From the human T2T-CHM13v2.0 reference genome, Homo sapiens: a stretch of 64,000 nucleotides of DNA. The position numbers and the translations under genes are program-made. Positions 13,304 to 24,931 of the stretch are shown here, piece by piece. The DNA is taken from NCBI RefSeq assembly GCF_009914755.1, contig NC_060930.1; one strand, given 5' to 3'. Below the pieces are notes generated by a model. It made no database searches and was not told the origin of the DNA. It saw only the letters and a program-made list of their open reading frames with translations. Position 1 is the first letter of the stretch. Each line of letters starts with the position of its first letter.

Positions 13304-15400
13304 ATGGAGTTCTTTCATTGGTTTTGGGGTTTTGGGAGTTGGCTGCCTAATATGATTAGACCACAAAATGCTAAGGACTCTACTTCTAATAGCATGGAAA
13401 ACACTCATAGTCCTTGGCGTGAACTGTTTACAGAGTTATGCAAAATATATGCATTTGACACTCCCGATTCATCACTCATGAGAGGCAAGGAGTTTAGTGA
13501 CTCTATACCTAATATCTTTGAGCCTATGTGGTGAACCAACGACCATAATAAAGCTGGTTGGTTGCTCCTAAGTTCAGTGGACAAAGTTATGAAAGAAAAT
13601 GATGAACTCAGAGATTGTATCTCCTGGCTTCAGAAGCATATACTGAGCCTCAAATCTGCTAAGATTGCTCAGAGTGAGAGTCTTATCTCCTGTAGAGAAA
13701 GAGCTGAAATTGTGGAAAAACAGACACAAGCTCTTATTGTGCAAGTGGCTGACCTGCAATGAAAGGTGCATGCACAGCCTTGCCAGGTGTCTACTGTTAA
13801 AGTGAGGGCATCGATTAGAAAAGAATGGGACCATGCAACTTGGAATGGGGATGTGTGGGAGAACCCCAATGAAACTGGGGACACTGAGTTTGTAAACTCT
13901 GATGAACTCTTTTTTCCAGAAGGAACAGCTTCCCCATCTCCAGTAGTGGCAACATCCCCTCCTGGACCCATGATGCCATCAGCCTTTCCACCTTTGTCTG
14001 AGGAGATAAACCCTGCGCTACCTGAGGCAACAGTGATGGCCTCCCCTGAGGCAGTTGCCAGGCAAGATAATGTTTTTTTTTTTCTTTTTTCTTTTTATAT
14101 TCTCCAATTTAAACTTTTAATTAAAAAGTAAACTTTAATGTTGAAAATGCAAACTTGGGGAAGACAGAAAAGATCACACACAAGGCTGTCACTTCTCACT
14201 TGGAAGGTTGCACAGCGGCCAGGCAGAGGCGCTCCTCACTTCCCAGATGGTGGGCAGCTGGGCAGAGGGGCACATCACTTCCCAGATGGGGTGGCTGGGC
14301 AGAGGCGCTCCTCACATCCCAGACAGGGCAGGGGCTGGGCAGAGGCACTCCTCACTTCCCAGACAGGGTGGTCGGGCAGAGGCACTCTTCACATCCCAGA
14401 CGATGCGGGAGCTGGGCAGAGGCGCTCAAGATAATGTTGATTCTCCTCAGGAGCCACCCCCAACACCTCTGTTTGCTTCTAGACCTATAACTAGACAAAA
14501 GTCCCGGCAGGCCCCTAGAAGTGAGGTTGAAAGTGTGACCCATGAGGAGGTGCGTTATGCTTGAAAAGAACTGCTTGAGTTTTCCCATTTATATCAGCAG
14601 AAATCTGGAGAACAGGCATGTGAGTGGATATTAAGGGTGTGGAATAATGTTGGAAGGAAAATAGAGTTGTATCAGGCTGAATTTATTGATTTGGGGCCAC
14701 TAAATAGGAACTCTGCATTTAATGTTGCAGCTCAGGGGGTTACAAAAAGTTCTAATAGTTTATTTACTTGGTTAGCTGAAATATGGATTAAAAGATTGCC
14801 CACTGTGAGTGAGCTGGAAATGCCTGATCTGCCTTGGTTTAATGTAGAGGAAGGGATCCAAAGGCTTAGGGAGATTGGGGTGGTGGAATGGATTAGTCAC
14901 TTTAGACTGACTCATCCCAGTAGGGTGGGTCCAGAAGATATACCCTTGACCAATGTCTTGCAAAGCAGATTTGTGAGGGTAGCACCTACATCTTTGAAAA
15001 GCCTTGCACTTGCTCTCCTCTGCATGTCAGATGTAACATGGGAACTACAGTCACTCAACTACAAAATTTAAATACAATGGGAATAATTGGATCCTGAGGT
15101 GGCAGGGGCCAAGTGGCCACACTCAACCTTCAAATGCAAGGTGGGTGGAGCTACCGTAATAGAGAGCAGAGGCAATGCAGCAATCAGAATAGTCTGACTT
15201 ATGTAGAGCTAGAAGTGAAACTGATAGGAAACCTACTGCGTTCCTACTTAATCTACACAATCTGAAAATTTCTAGGTCGAATGGACAAAAGGCTAATTTG
15301 AATTATAAAAACAGAGAATCATGACCCCTCAATCAATTTCCAGACTTGAGCCAGTTTACAAACCCACAATCCCTTGAATGAAAGGGAGGCCAGATCCCCT
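13304..15400 (+). pseudogene. HERV-L gag remnant, interrupted by SVA2
   Basis: ORF fragments such as WNGDVWENP and QAEFIDLGPLNRNSAFN (major homology region-like; same gag family as MuERV-L/Fv1). Confidence 0.85.
14075..14426 (-). mobile_element. SVA2-type VNTR retroposon (5'-truncated)
   Basis: Poly(T) tail, unique ~115-bp 3' segment, ~5 SVA-type VNTR units (GGGCAGAGGCGCTCCTCACTTCCCAGA), no SINE-R; 12-bp TSD CAAGATAATGTT at 14063-14074 and 14427-14438. Confidence 0.85.
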
Positions 15401-15438
15401 GGAGGAAGGACCCCAGTACATTACCGACAATTTATGCA

Positions 15439-18326
15439 GTGAATCTTTCTCCCACCCTTCCCCAAGGAGACCTCTGGCCTTTTACCAGGGTAACTGTGCA
15501 CTGGGGAAAGGGAAATGATCAGACATTTTGGGGACTACTGGACAATGGCTCTGAGCTGACGTTGATTCCAGGGGACCCCAAACATTATTGTGGTCCTCCA
15601 GTTAAAGTAGGGGCTTATGGAGGTCAGGTAATTAATGGAGTTTTAGCTCAGGTCCAACTTACAGTGAGTCCCTGGACTCATCCTATGGTCATTTCCCCAT
15701 TGCCAGAAATGCATAATTGGCATAGACATACTTAGCAGCTGGCAGAACCCCCACATTAGCTCCCTGACTGGTAGGGTGAGGGCTATTATGGTAGGAAAGC
15801 CCAAATGGAAACCATTAGAGCTGCCTCTACCTAAATAGTAAATCAAAAACTATATCGCATCCCTGGAGGGATTGCAGAGATTAGTGCCACCATCAAGGAC
15901 TTGAAAGACGCAGGGGTGGTGTTTCCTACCACATCCCCGTTCAACTCTTCCATTTGTCCTGTGCAGAAGACAGACAGATCATAGAGAATGACAGTAGATT
16001 ATTGTAAGCTTAACCAAGTGGTGACTCCAATTGCAGCTGCTGTACCTGTACCAGATGTGGTTTCATTGCTTGAGCAAATTAACACATCTCCTGGTTCCTG
16101 GTATGCAGCCATTGACTTGGCAAATGCCTTTTTCTCCATTGCTGTCCATAAGGCCCACCAGAAGAAATTTGCCTTCAGCTAGCAAGGCCAGCAATATGCC
16201 TTTACTGTTCTACCTCAGGGGTTATCAACTCTCCAGCTTTGTATCATAATCTTATTCAGAGAGACCTTGATCACTTTTCGCTCCTGCAAGATATGACACT
16301 GGTCCATTACATTGATGACATTATGCTGATTGCATCCAGTGAGTAAGAAGTAGCAAACACACCGAATGTATTGGTGAGACATTTGCGTGCCAGAGGATGG
16401 GAAATAAATCCAACTAAAATTCAGTGATCACCTACCTCAGTAAAATTTCTAGTGGTCCAGTGGTGTGGGGACTGTCAAGATATTCCTTCTAAGGTAAAGG
16501 ATAAGTTGCTGCATTTGGCCCCTCCTACAACCAAGAAAAAGGCACAATGCCTAGTAGGCCGATTTGATTTGAGAGGCAACACATTCCTCATTTGGGTGTA
16601 TTACTCCAGCCCATTTATCGAGTGACCTGAAAGACTGCCAGTTTTGAGTGGGGTCCAAAACAGGAAAAGGCTCTGCAACAGGTCCAGGCTGCTGTGCCAG
16701 CTCCTCTGCCACTTGGGCCATATGACCCAGCAGACCCAATGGTGCTTGAAGTGTCAGTGGCAGATAGGGATGCTGTTTGGAGCCTTTGGCAAGCCGCCAT
16801 AGGTGAATCACAGTGGTGGCCTCTAGGGTTTTAGGGCAAGGCCCTGCCATCTTCTGCAGATAAATAAGCTCCTTTTGAGAGACAGCTCCTGGCCTGTTAC
16901 TGGGCTTTGGTGGAAACTGAACATTTGACTATGGGTCATCAAGTCTCCATGTGACCTGAACTGCCTGTCATGAACTGGGTGCTTTCTGACCCATGTAGCC
17001 ATAAAGTGGGCCATGCACAGCAGCATTCCATCATCAAATGGAAGTGGTATATAGGTGACTGGGCTCAAACAGGTCCTGAAGGCACAAGTAAGTTACATGA
17101 GGAAGTGGCTCACGTGTCCATGGTCTCCACTCCTGCCACCCTGACTTCTCTTCCCCAGCCTGCACCGATGGCCTCATGAGGAGTTCCCTATGATCAGCTG
17201 ACAAAGGAAGAGAAGGGGCTGGTTCACAGATGGTTCTGCACAATATGCAGATAACACCCGAAAGTGGACAGCTACAGCACTACAGCCCCTTTTTAGGACA
17301 TCCCTGAAGGACAGCAGTGAAGGGAAATCTTCCCAGTGGGCAGAACCTCAAGCAGTGCAACTGGTTGTGCACTTTGCATCAAAGGAGACATGGTCAGATG
17401 TGCGATTATACACGGATTCATGGGCTGTAGGTTTGGCTGGATGGTCAGGGACTTGGAAGAAGCATGATTGGAAAATTGGTGACAAAGAAATTTGGGGAAG
17501 AGGTATGTGGATCGACCTCTCCGGTCAAAAACTGTGAAGATATTTGTATCCCATGTGAGTGCTCACTAATGGGTGATCTCAGCAGAAGAGGATTTTAATA
17601 ATCAAGTGACAGGACATGACCCGTTCTGTGGACACCACTCAGCCTCTTTCCCCAGCCACCCCTGTCATCACCCAATGGGCCCATGAACAAAGTACCCATG
17701 GTGGCAGGGGCGGAGGTTACGTATGGGCTCAGCAACATGTACTTCCGCTCACCAAGGCTGACCTGGCTATGGCCACTGCTAAGCGCCCAATTTGCCAGCA
17801 GCAGAGACCAACACTGAGCCCTCGATATGGTGCCATTCCTTGGGGTGATCAGCCAGCTACCTAGTGGCAGGTTGATTATATTGGACCTCTTCCATCATGT
17901 AAAGGACAGAGGTTTGTCCTCACTGGAATAGACACTTACTTTGGATATGAGTTTGCCTATCCTGCATGCAATGCTTCTGCCAAGACTACCATCTGTGGAC
18001 TCACAGAATGCCTTATGCATCATCATGGTATTACACACAGCATTGCCTCTAACAAAGGCACTCACTTTATGGCCAAAGAAGTGTGGCAGTGGGCTCATGC
18101 TCATGGAATTCACTGGTCTTACCATGTTTCCTATCATCCTGAAGCAGCTGGATTGATAGAATGGTGAAACGGCCTTTTGAAGTCACAGTTACAATGCCAA
18201 CTAGGTGACAATACTTTGCAGCGCTGAGGCAAAGTTCTCCAGAAGGCCACGGATACTCTGAATCAGCGTCCAATATATGGCACTGTCTCACCCACAGCCA
18301 GGATTAACCAGTCCAGGAATCAAGGG
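15439..18326 (+). pseudogene. HERV-L protease/RT/RNase H/integrase remnant
   Basis: GLLDNGSELTLIPG (aspartic protease DTG changed to DNG), [30 protein letters not shown], integrase zinc-finger remnant WAHEQSTHGG...PICQQ. Confidence 0.9.
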
Positions 18327-18902
18327 GTGGAAGTGGCACCACTCACCATCATCTCTAGTGATCCACTAGCAAAATTTTTGCTTCCTGTTCCCACAAGATT
18401 ACGTTCTGCTGGCCTAGAGGTCTTAGTTCCAGAGGGAGGAACGCTGCCACCAGGAGACACAACAACGATTCCATTAAACTGGAAGTTAAGATTGCCACCT
18501 AGATACTTTGGGCTCCTCATACCTTTAAGTCAACAGGCTAAGAATGGAGTAACAGTGTTTGCTGGGATGATTGACCTGGACGATCAAGATGAAATCAGTT
18601 TACTACTCCACAATGGCGGTAAGGAAGAGTATTCATGGAATACAAGAGATCCATTAGGGCTTGTCTTAGTACTGCCATGCCCTGTGATTAAGGTCAATGA
18701 GAAACTACAACAGCCCAATCCAGGCAGGATTACACATGACCTAGACCCTTCAGGAATGGAGGTTTGGGTCACTCCACCAGGAAAAAAACTACAACCTGCT
18801 GAGGTGTTTGCTGAAGGCAAAGGGAATACAGAATGGGTAGTAGAAGGTACTCATCAATACCAACTACAACCACATGACCAGTTGCAGAAAGGAGGACTGT
18901 AA
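18327..18902 (+). pseudogene. HERV-L dUTPase region, open for 191 codons
   Basis: SAGLEV, IPLNWKLRLPPRYFGLL, GVTVFAGMIDLDDQDEI resemble dUTPase motifs; location after integrase is typical of ERV-L. Confidence 0.85.
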
Positions 18903-19210
18903 TTGTCATGGGTATTTCCTCCTTCTTTTGTTAAAAACATGTTTGTGTATTTATACACTTGTACTAAGAAAATATCTTCATTTTATTTCCTTCCTCCTTT
19001 ATCATGTGACATAAGATTAACTGCGCATCAGCATTTAAGTATTGTTAACTTTATGTAACAGTATTTGGGTTGGGGATTGGTGCATTTCTAGTTGTAGGAA
19101 GGATAGTTGTATTATGTTAAGCATAATTATGACCTTATTATTGTCTTTATTTGAAGATTATGTATGATCTCAGGAGATGCATATGGGTTCAAGTTGACAA
19201 GGGGTGGACT

Positions 19211-19652
19211 TGTGATGATTAATACTGAGTGTCAACTTGATAGGATTGAAAGATACATAGTATTGATCCTGGGTGTGTCTGTGAGGGTGTTGCCAAAGGA
19301 AATTAACATTTGAGTCAGTGGGCTGGGAAAGGCATACCCACCCTTAATCTTGGTGGGCACCATCTAATCAGCTGCCAGCATGGCTAGAATATAAGCAGGC
19401 AGAAAAATGTCAAAAGAGAGACTGGCCTAGCCTCCCCTACCCTACATCTTTCTGCTGTGCTGGATACTTCCTGCCCTAAACATTGAACTCCAAGTTCTTC
19501 AGCTTTGGAACTCAGACTGGCTCTCCTTTCTCCTCAGCCTGCAGACAGCCTATTGTAGGACCTTGTGATTGTGTGAGTTAATACTTAATAAACTCCCCTA
19601 TATATATATATTCCATTAGTTCTGTCCCTCTAGAGAACCCTGACTAAATACA
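19211..19652 (+). mobile_element. 3' LTR, MLT2A1-type (442 bp)
   Basis: Follows PPT AAGGGGTGGACT; TGTGATGATTAATACTGAG...GAACCCTGACTAAATACA; AATAAA at 19587-19592. Confidence 0.92.
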
Positions 19653-19920
19653 CTGATCATTTTTCAAGTACATTCTTACTTTTTGGTACATATCCCAAAC
19701 TCATCTTTTACTTACTCTGGCACAGCCCTGGAGTCAGCAATTTTTCTAAGCAGTTCTGGTTCCTTTTGGTAGAGAATGCTATTTAGATGTGAGTGTTCCA
19801 TGTGCTCACTGATCCAGGTGTGTTGCTGCTTCCAGGCCAACCCAATGGACAGAGCTAGAGACTATATATAGGTACATATACACTTCATGCATATGTATGT
19901 GAATATGTGGGTATATACAT

Positions 19921-19966
19921 ATCTATCTATCTATCTATCTGTCATCTATCTATCTATCTATCTATC
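19921..19966. repeat. (CTAT)n tetranucleotide repeat, interrupted
   Basis: ATCTATCTAT...GTCATCTATC... Confidence 0.9.
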
Positions 19967-20309
19967 AAAAACATAAATTTGCAGCAATACTTCCAACAGG
20001 GTTCATTCTGGTTGTCTCCCTTCAGTTTTCACTTTTTCTTATAGTGAGAAACCTAGCTTCCATTATGTTTAATACTAATTTGATCAGTCCTCCTGAATGA
20101 AACCAACTGCCTCCCCTCCCCAAGTTGATGCCCCACTCACCTCACTCAGACACCAATCTCTGAAGTAAGTAGCTCTCCTACCTGGAAGTCCTCCTCGTCC
20201 CACTGGGGCTCTGTCACCTGGCACTGGACTGCCCTCCTACACAGATTCTCCTCTCACCTCACTTGTCCTCACACCCTGAGGCAGGCCACCAACCTATGTG
20301 GGTGTTCTT

Positions 20310-20672
<363 letters not shown>

Positions 20673-20782
20673 TGAAAGAGCATGATGCAGAGAGGGGTGC
20701 AGCTTGACTGTTGCTGTTATCTCCAAGGAACACAGAGAAACTAGTGTAAGGTATACAAAAACAAGCTGTAATTATTTACTGT

Positions 20783-20865
20783 TGGCTGGGTGCAGTGGCA
20801 TGTGCCTGTAAGCCCAGCACTTTAGGAGGGCAAAATGGGAGGATCACTTGAGGCCAGGAGTTCCT
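20783..20865 (+). mobile_element. Alu left monomer fragment
   Basis: GGCTGGGTGCAGTGGCATGTGCCTGTAAGCCCAGCACTTTAGG...GAGGCCAGGAGTTC. Confidence 0.8.
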
Positions 20866-21976
20866 TACTAGCTATACTTCGATTCTTCACAAGAGCTACT
20901 TCATATTTCCCCTGTCCCTCACTCCCACCCCTCTATACTCTCAATAGATTAGTACACTTTCATTTGCTCCAAAGATAAACAGAGATTCAGCTTCTAGCTA
21001 TCTACCTATAAACTTCCTTCCATCTGTATCCCAGTTATTTCCTTCATTACAGTATTAGTAAATAAGGGTCAGTGTCTCTGTCCTCCAGTCCAGTTTACCC
21101 TGACACTGTCAGTCTCTGGCTACTCCTCAGTCTTCATAGTCTCTTTGTTTCTGCTTACCCCTTAAATGCTGGCATTCTCCAGGCTCCAATGTTCAACTCT
21201 TCTCTTTTTTACTCTAATGAACAGTGACCGCCTAGGGAATCCTTGCTTTGCTCCAATCCTTGGACTCATTTTCAAAGTCCACTTTGTCTCAGCTTCTGCT
21301 ACATCAGATAATTTGGCTTCATCTCCCATTAAGGTTCCCACCCTGTTCTTGGCATTTGATCAACTAAGCCTGAGAACTATCTGGTTTCCAACTCTGAGTG
21401 ATGTTTTAAGGATTCATTTAGGCATCTGTCCAATACCTCCAGCTCCTTTTCACTGCTAGGCTAGCTCCTAATTGCTTACCAGAGGCAGTTCAAGTGTTAG
21501 CTCCTCTTGGAAATATTTCCTGACCCACATTCTCAATCTGAGTTTGGAATCCCTCAGAAATCCCATAGAACCCTGCTGTCTTTCTCTACTATGATGCTTA
21601 TCATATTATTTTTCACTTTCTTATATGTCTGTCCTACTAGATTACCAACTCTTGAAGTCAGGAATTTTGTGTGAAGAAGGAATTTGCCTTCAAAAAAGAA
21701 GGAAACAGGGAGAAACAGAAAGGATAAAGGTAAGAAGAAAGAAAGATAGTTCAGATCAGACTGGGGCTCTGGCTGGCTCAAAAGTGGGTGAAACACTATG
21801 GCAAAAATCCTAGGATGAAGAACACTGAGGAGCTATACGATCAATACAAGAGGACTATCCAGTTGTTGCTGTATACCTCTCTTGCCACTTCTGTGACCAA
21901 ATTACCAATGCATTGCATTGATAGTTCAGATCTAAATAGCACACATAGATGGCTGCAGTTTCCAGAAATCAAAAGA

Positions 21977-23643
21977 CTTCCACCGAAGTCTTGGATCCCT
22001 CAAAGTCACTTATGAGGGATTAAATCAACTTCTTCCAAACTCCTGTTAATATTGATATTCTGATCTCCTCCCATGAATCACAAAAGTTCTCAATGCCATC
22101 TAGACTAGTGAATCCTTTCCAGAAGGTTTTCAATTTACTTTGCCCAGATCCATCAAACGAATCACTGTCTATGGCAGCTATAGTATTACAAAATGTATTT
22201 CTTATATAATAAGACTTGAGAGTCAAAATTACTCCTTAATCCACAGGCTGCAGAATGGATGATGTTAGCAGTCATGAAAACAACATTCACCTCCTTGTAC
22301 ATCTCCATCAGAGCTCTTATGTGACAAGGTGCATTGTCAATGAGCAGTAATATTTGTAATATTTTGAAAATAATCTTTTTTTTTCTGAGCAGTATGTCTT
22401 AACAGTGGGCTTAAAACAGTAAATCATGCTGTAAACAGATGTGCTGTCATCCAGACTCTTGTTCCATTTATAGGCAAGGTAGATTTAGCATAATTTTTAA
22501 GGGCTCTAGGATATTCAAAATGCTAAGTAGGTATTGGCTTCAACTTAGAGTCACCAGCTGCATTTGGCCTTAACAAAAGAATCAGTCTGTCCTTTGGAGC
22601 TATGAAGCCAGGCATTGAATTCTCCTCTCTAGCTATGAAAGTCCTATGGCATCTTCTTCCAATAGAAGGCTGCGGTGTCTCCATTGAAAATCTGTTGTTT
22701 AGTGTGGCCACCTTCATCAATGATCTTAGCTAGATCTGGATAACTTGCTGTAGCTTCTCCCTTAGCACTTGCTTCTTCATCTTGTACTTTTATGTTATAA
22801 AGATGGCTTCTTTCCTTAAACCTCATGAACCAACCTCTACTAGCTTCACCATTTTCTTCTGCAGCTTCCTGACTTCTCTCAGCCTTCCCAGAAATGAAGA
22901 GAGTTAGGGCTTGCTCTGGATTAGGCTTTGGCTTAAAGGGAATGTTGTGGCTGGTTTGATCTTCTATCCAGACCATTCAAACTTTCTCCATATCAGCAAT
23001 ATGGCCGCTTTACTTTCTTATCGTTGGTATGTTCATTGGAATAGCACTTTTAATTTCATTCAAGAAGTTTTCCTTTGCATTCACAACTTGGATAACAGTT
23101 TGGCACAAGAGGCCTAGCTTGCAGCTTGCCTTCCTCACTAAGCTTAATCATTTCCAGATTTTGTTTTAAACTGAGAGATGTGTGACTCTTCCTTTCACCT
23201 GAACACTTAAAGGCCATTGCAGGGTTATTAACTGGGTTAATTTCAACACTGTTGTGTGTCTGGGAATAGGCCCGAGAAAAGTGAGATGAGAACTGCTGTC
23301 AGTGGGGCAGTTGGAAAACACATATTTATGGGTTAAGTTTGCAGTCTTATATGGGAGCGGTTCATGGTACCCCAGAATAATTACAATACTAACATCAAAG
23401 ATCTGATTACAGATATAAGATCACTATAAAAGTTATAATAATAACAAAATTATTTGAAATATTGTGAGAATTATCAAAATGTGACACAAAGATACTAGAT
23501 ACAAGTGAACACATGCTATTGGAAAATGGCACTGATAGACTTGCCCAATGGAGGATTGCCACAAACCTTCAATTTATAAAAAACAAAAAAAAATTATCTG
23601 CAAAGCACAATAACATGAACAAAAATTAAACGAGGCATGCTTG
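21977..23643 (-). mobile_element. Tigger1 (pogo-like Tc1/mariner) DNA transposon, 3'-truncated
   Basis: Transposase fragments [29 protein letters not shown] and SKLKTFWKGF; one terminal repeat (AAACGAGGCATGCTTG) followed by TA. Confidence 0.93.
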
Positions 23644-24222
23644 TACTAATAAGCTTGGTTTTAGTTTCCTATTAAATATTTCCACATGTTTTGCATGTGA
23701 TTTAAATATTAACTATAAATTACATTACTTTTATGGTCACTTTTATGGCCACATTTCTAATTTTTGTTGCATTTAGTCCACTAACTTCAAAGGAGTCAAA
23801 TGTTATCATATAATAAATTAAAATGCCATATAACTACATGCATTGATCTCACCATTTACAACATGGATTTACAAAACTAACACATTACAATTTACTGAGT
23901 AGACCCTATCATATTTTTTGGCTTCTTATTAAGAAAGGCACTGGATAAAAATAGGAGTTTTAGTCATGGCTATGAATCCTTAGAACAGTCAGTTATCTTC
24001 TCCAGACTCAGTAATTTAGAGATAAGAAGAGCTGGACCTAGAATATTCAGTAAGCTGAGACTCAATATTCTCTGGGTCTATGATATTGTCTTTCCCAATC
24101 CTGAACTTGCCATAGAAAATTTTCCCATTTTATTTTCATTTCCCTCTGCAATATTTGCTAGCAACCAGAGAACTGCAGGAAAGTTGAATGAAGAAATCCT
24201 CCTTCCAAAGAAAATAGACTTT

Positions 24223-24268
24223 ATTATTATTAATATACTTTAAGTTCTGGGATACATGTGCAGAATGT
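24223..24268 (-). mobile_element. Minimal L1PA 3'-end insertion
   Basis: TATACTTTAAGTTCTGGGATACATGTGCAGAATGT matches 58710-58742; flanked by GACTTT direct repeats. Confidence 0.8.
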
Positions 24269-24751
24269 GACTTTTAAAATAAAAATAGATATATATGCTT
24301 TAAAGAATTTTCTCCTGTAATTTTTTCCCACTCTTCCTTGTACTTCCAGGCACACAGTTAAGTGTCAGGTCATGTGGGTCATTACATGAAGAATAGGGTG
24401 ATGAATGGGAGATCAAAGACCTAACTAACTGTTGGTAGCCCAAAGAGGACATTTCATTGGAAATTTCTTTTCTATTACTGACACTGAACTTACTGTAGGC
24501 ACTCTAAATGTCTACTGAAGTGAACTGAGGTATTTGTTCCATAATTTTTAAAATATACTTTATTTAAGAGGGTTTTGGCCTAACAGATTAAAGTAACTCT
24601 CTAGTTTTTCCAAGTCAATGACCTTATTTTCTCCCTTTACCTAAGTGCAAAATCTCCCACCATATAATAAAAATACTATCCTTACTAAGATGGATATAAC
24701 ACCTTCCATTTTCAAATGACTGGTAGAAAAATGATCCTTCTATCTTCTAAG

Positions 24752-24931
24752 ACCCAGAGAGGTTGAGATTGGAGTGAGCCATGATCATGCCACTGCACTC
24801 CAGCCTGGGCAACAGACAGTGACCTTGTCAGAAAAAGAAAAGAAAAGAGAGACAGAGAGAGGAAGGAAGGAAGGAACGAAGGAAGGAAGGAAGGAAGGAA
24901 GGAAGGAAGGAAGGAAGGAAGGAAGGAAGGA
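24752..24931 (+). mobile_element. 5'-truncated AluJ right-arm end with tail-derived (GGAA)n microsatellite (24861-24931)
   Basis: GAGGTTGAGATTGGAGTGAGCCATGATCATGCCACTGCACTCCAGCCTGG, then GA-rich and GGAA repeats. Confidence 0.88.

Larger units (their letters stand above)
12724..19652 (+). mobile_element. Near full-length HERV-L provirus (LTR-gag-pro-pol-dUTPase-LTR, no env), antisense to ME1
   Basis: Two related LTRs with TG...CA termini, Leu-type PBS, PPT, degenerate gag, protease, RT (YIDD at 16308-16319), RNase H, integrase and dUTPase, with many stops and frameshifts. Confidence 0.96.

Noticed and set aside
14208-14426. Regularly spaced repeats resembling a CRISPR array, and overlapping 98-118 aa ORFs
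   Set aside because: These are tandem degenerate SVA-type VNTR units with no unique spacers and no cas genes in a primate context. The ORFs reflect GC-rich repeat sequence.
12724-19652. Replication-competent or domesticated retrovirus
   Set aside because: Multiple stops and frameshifts in gag and pol, protease DTG changed to DNG, mutated PBS and an insertion in gag.
24861-24931. (GGAA)n as an EWSR1-FLI1 response element
   Set aside because: The repeat is real but interrupted and Alu-tail derived. Nothing in the sequence alone indicates function.
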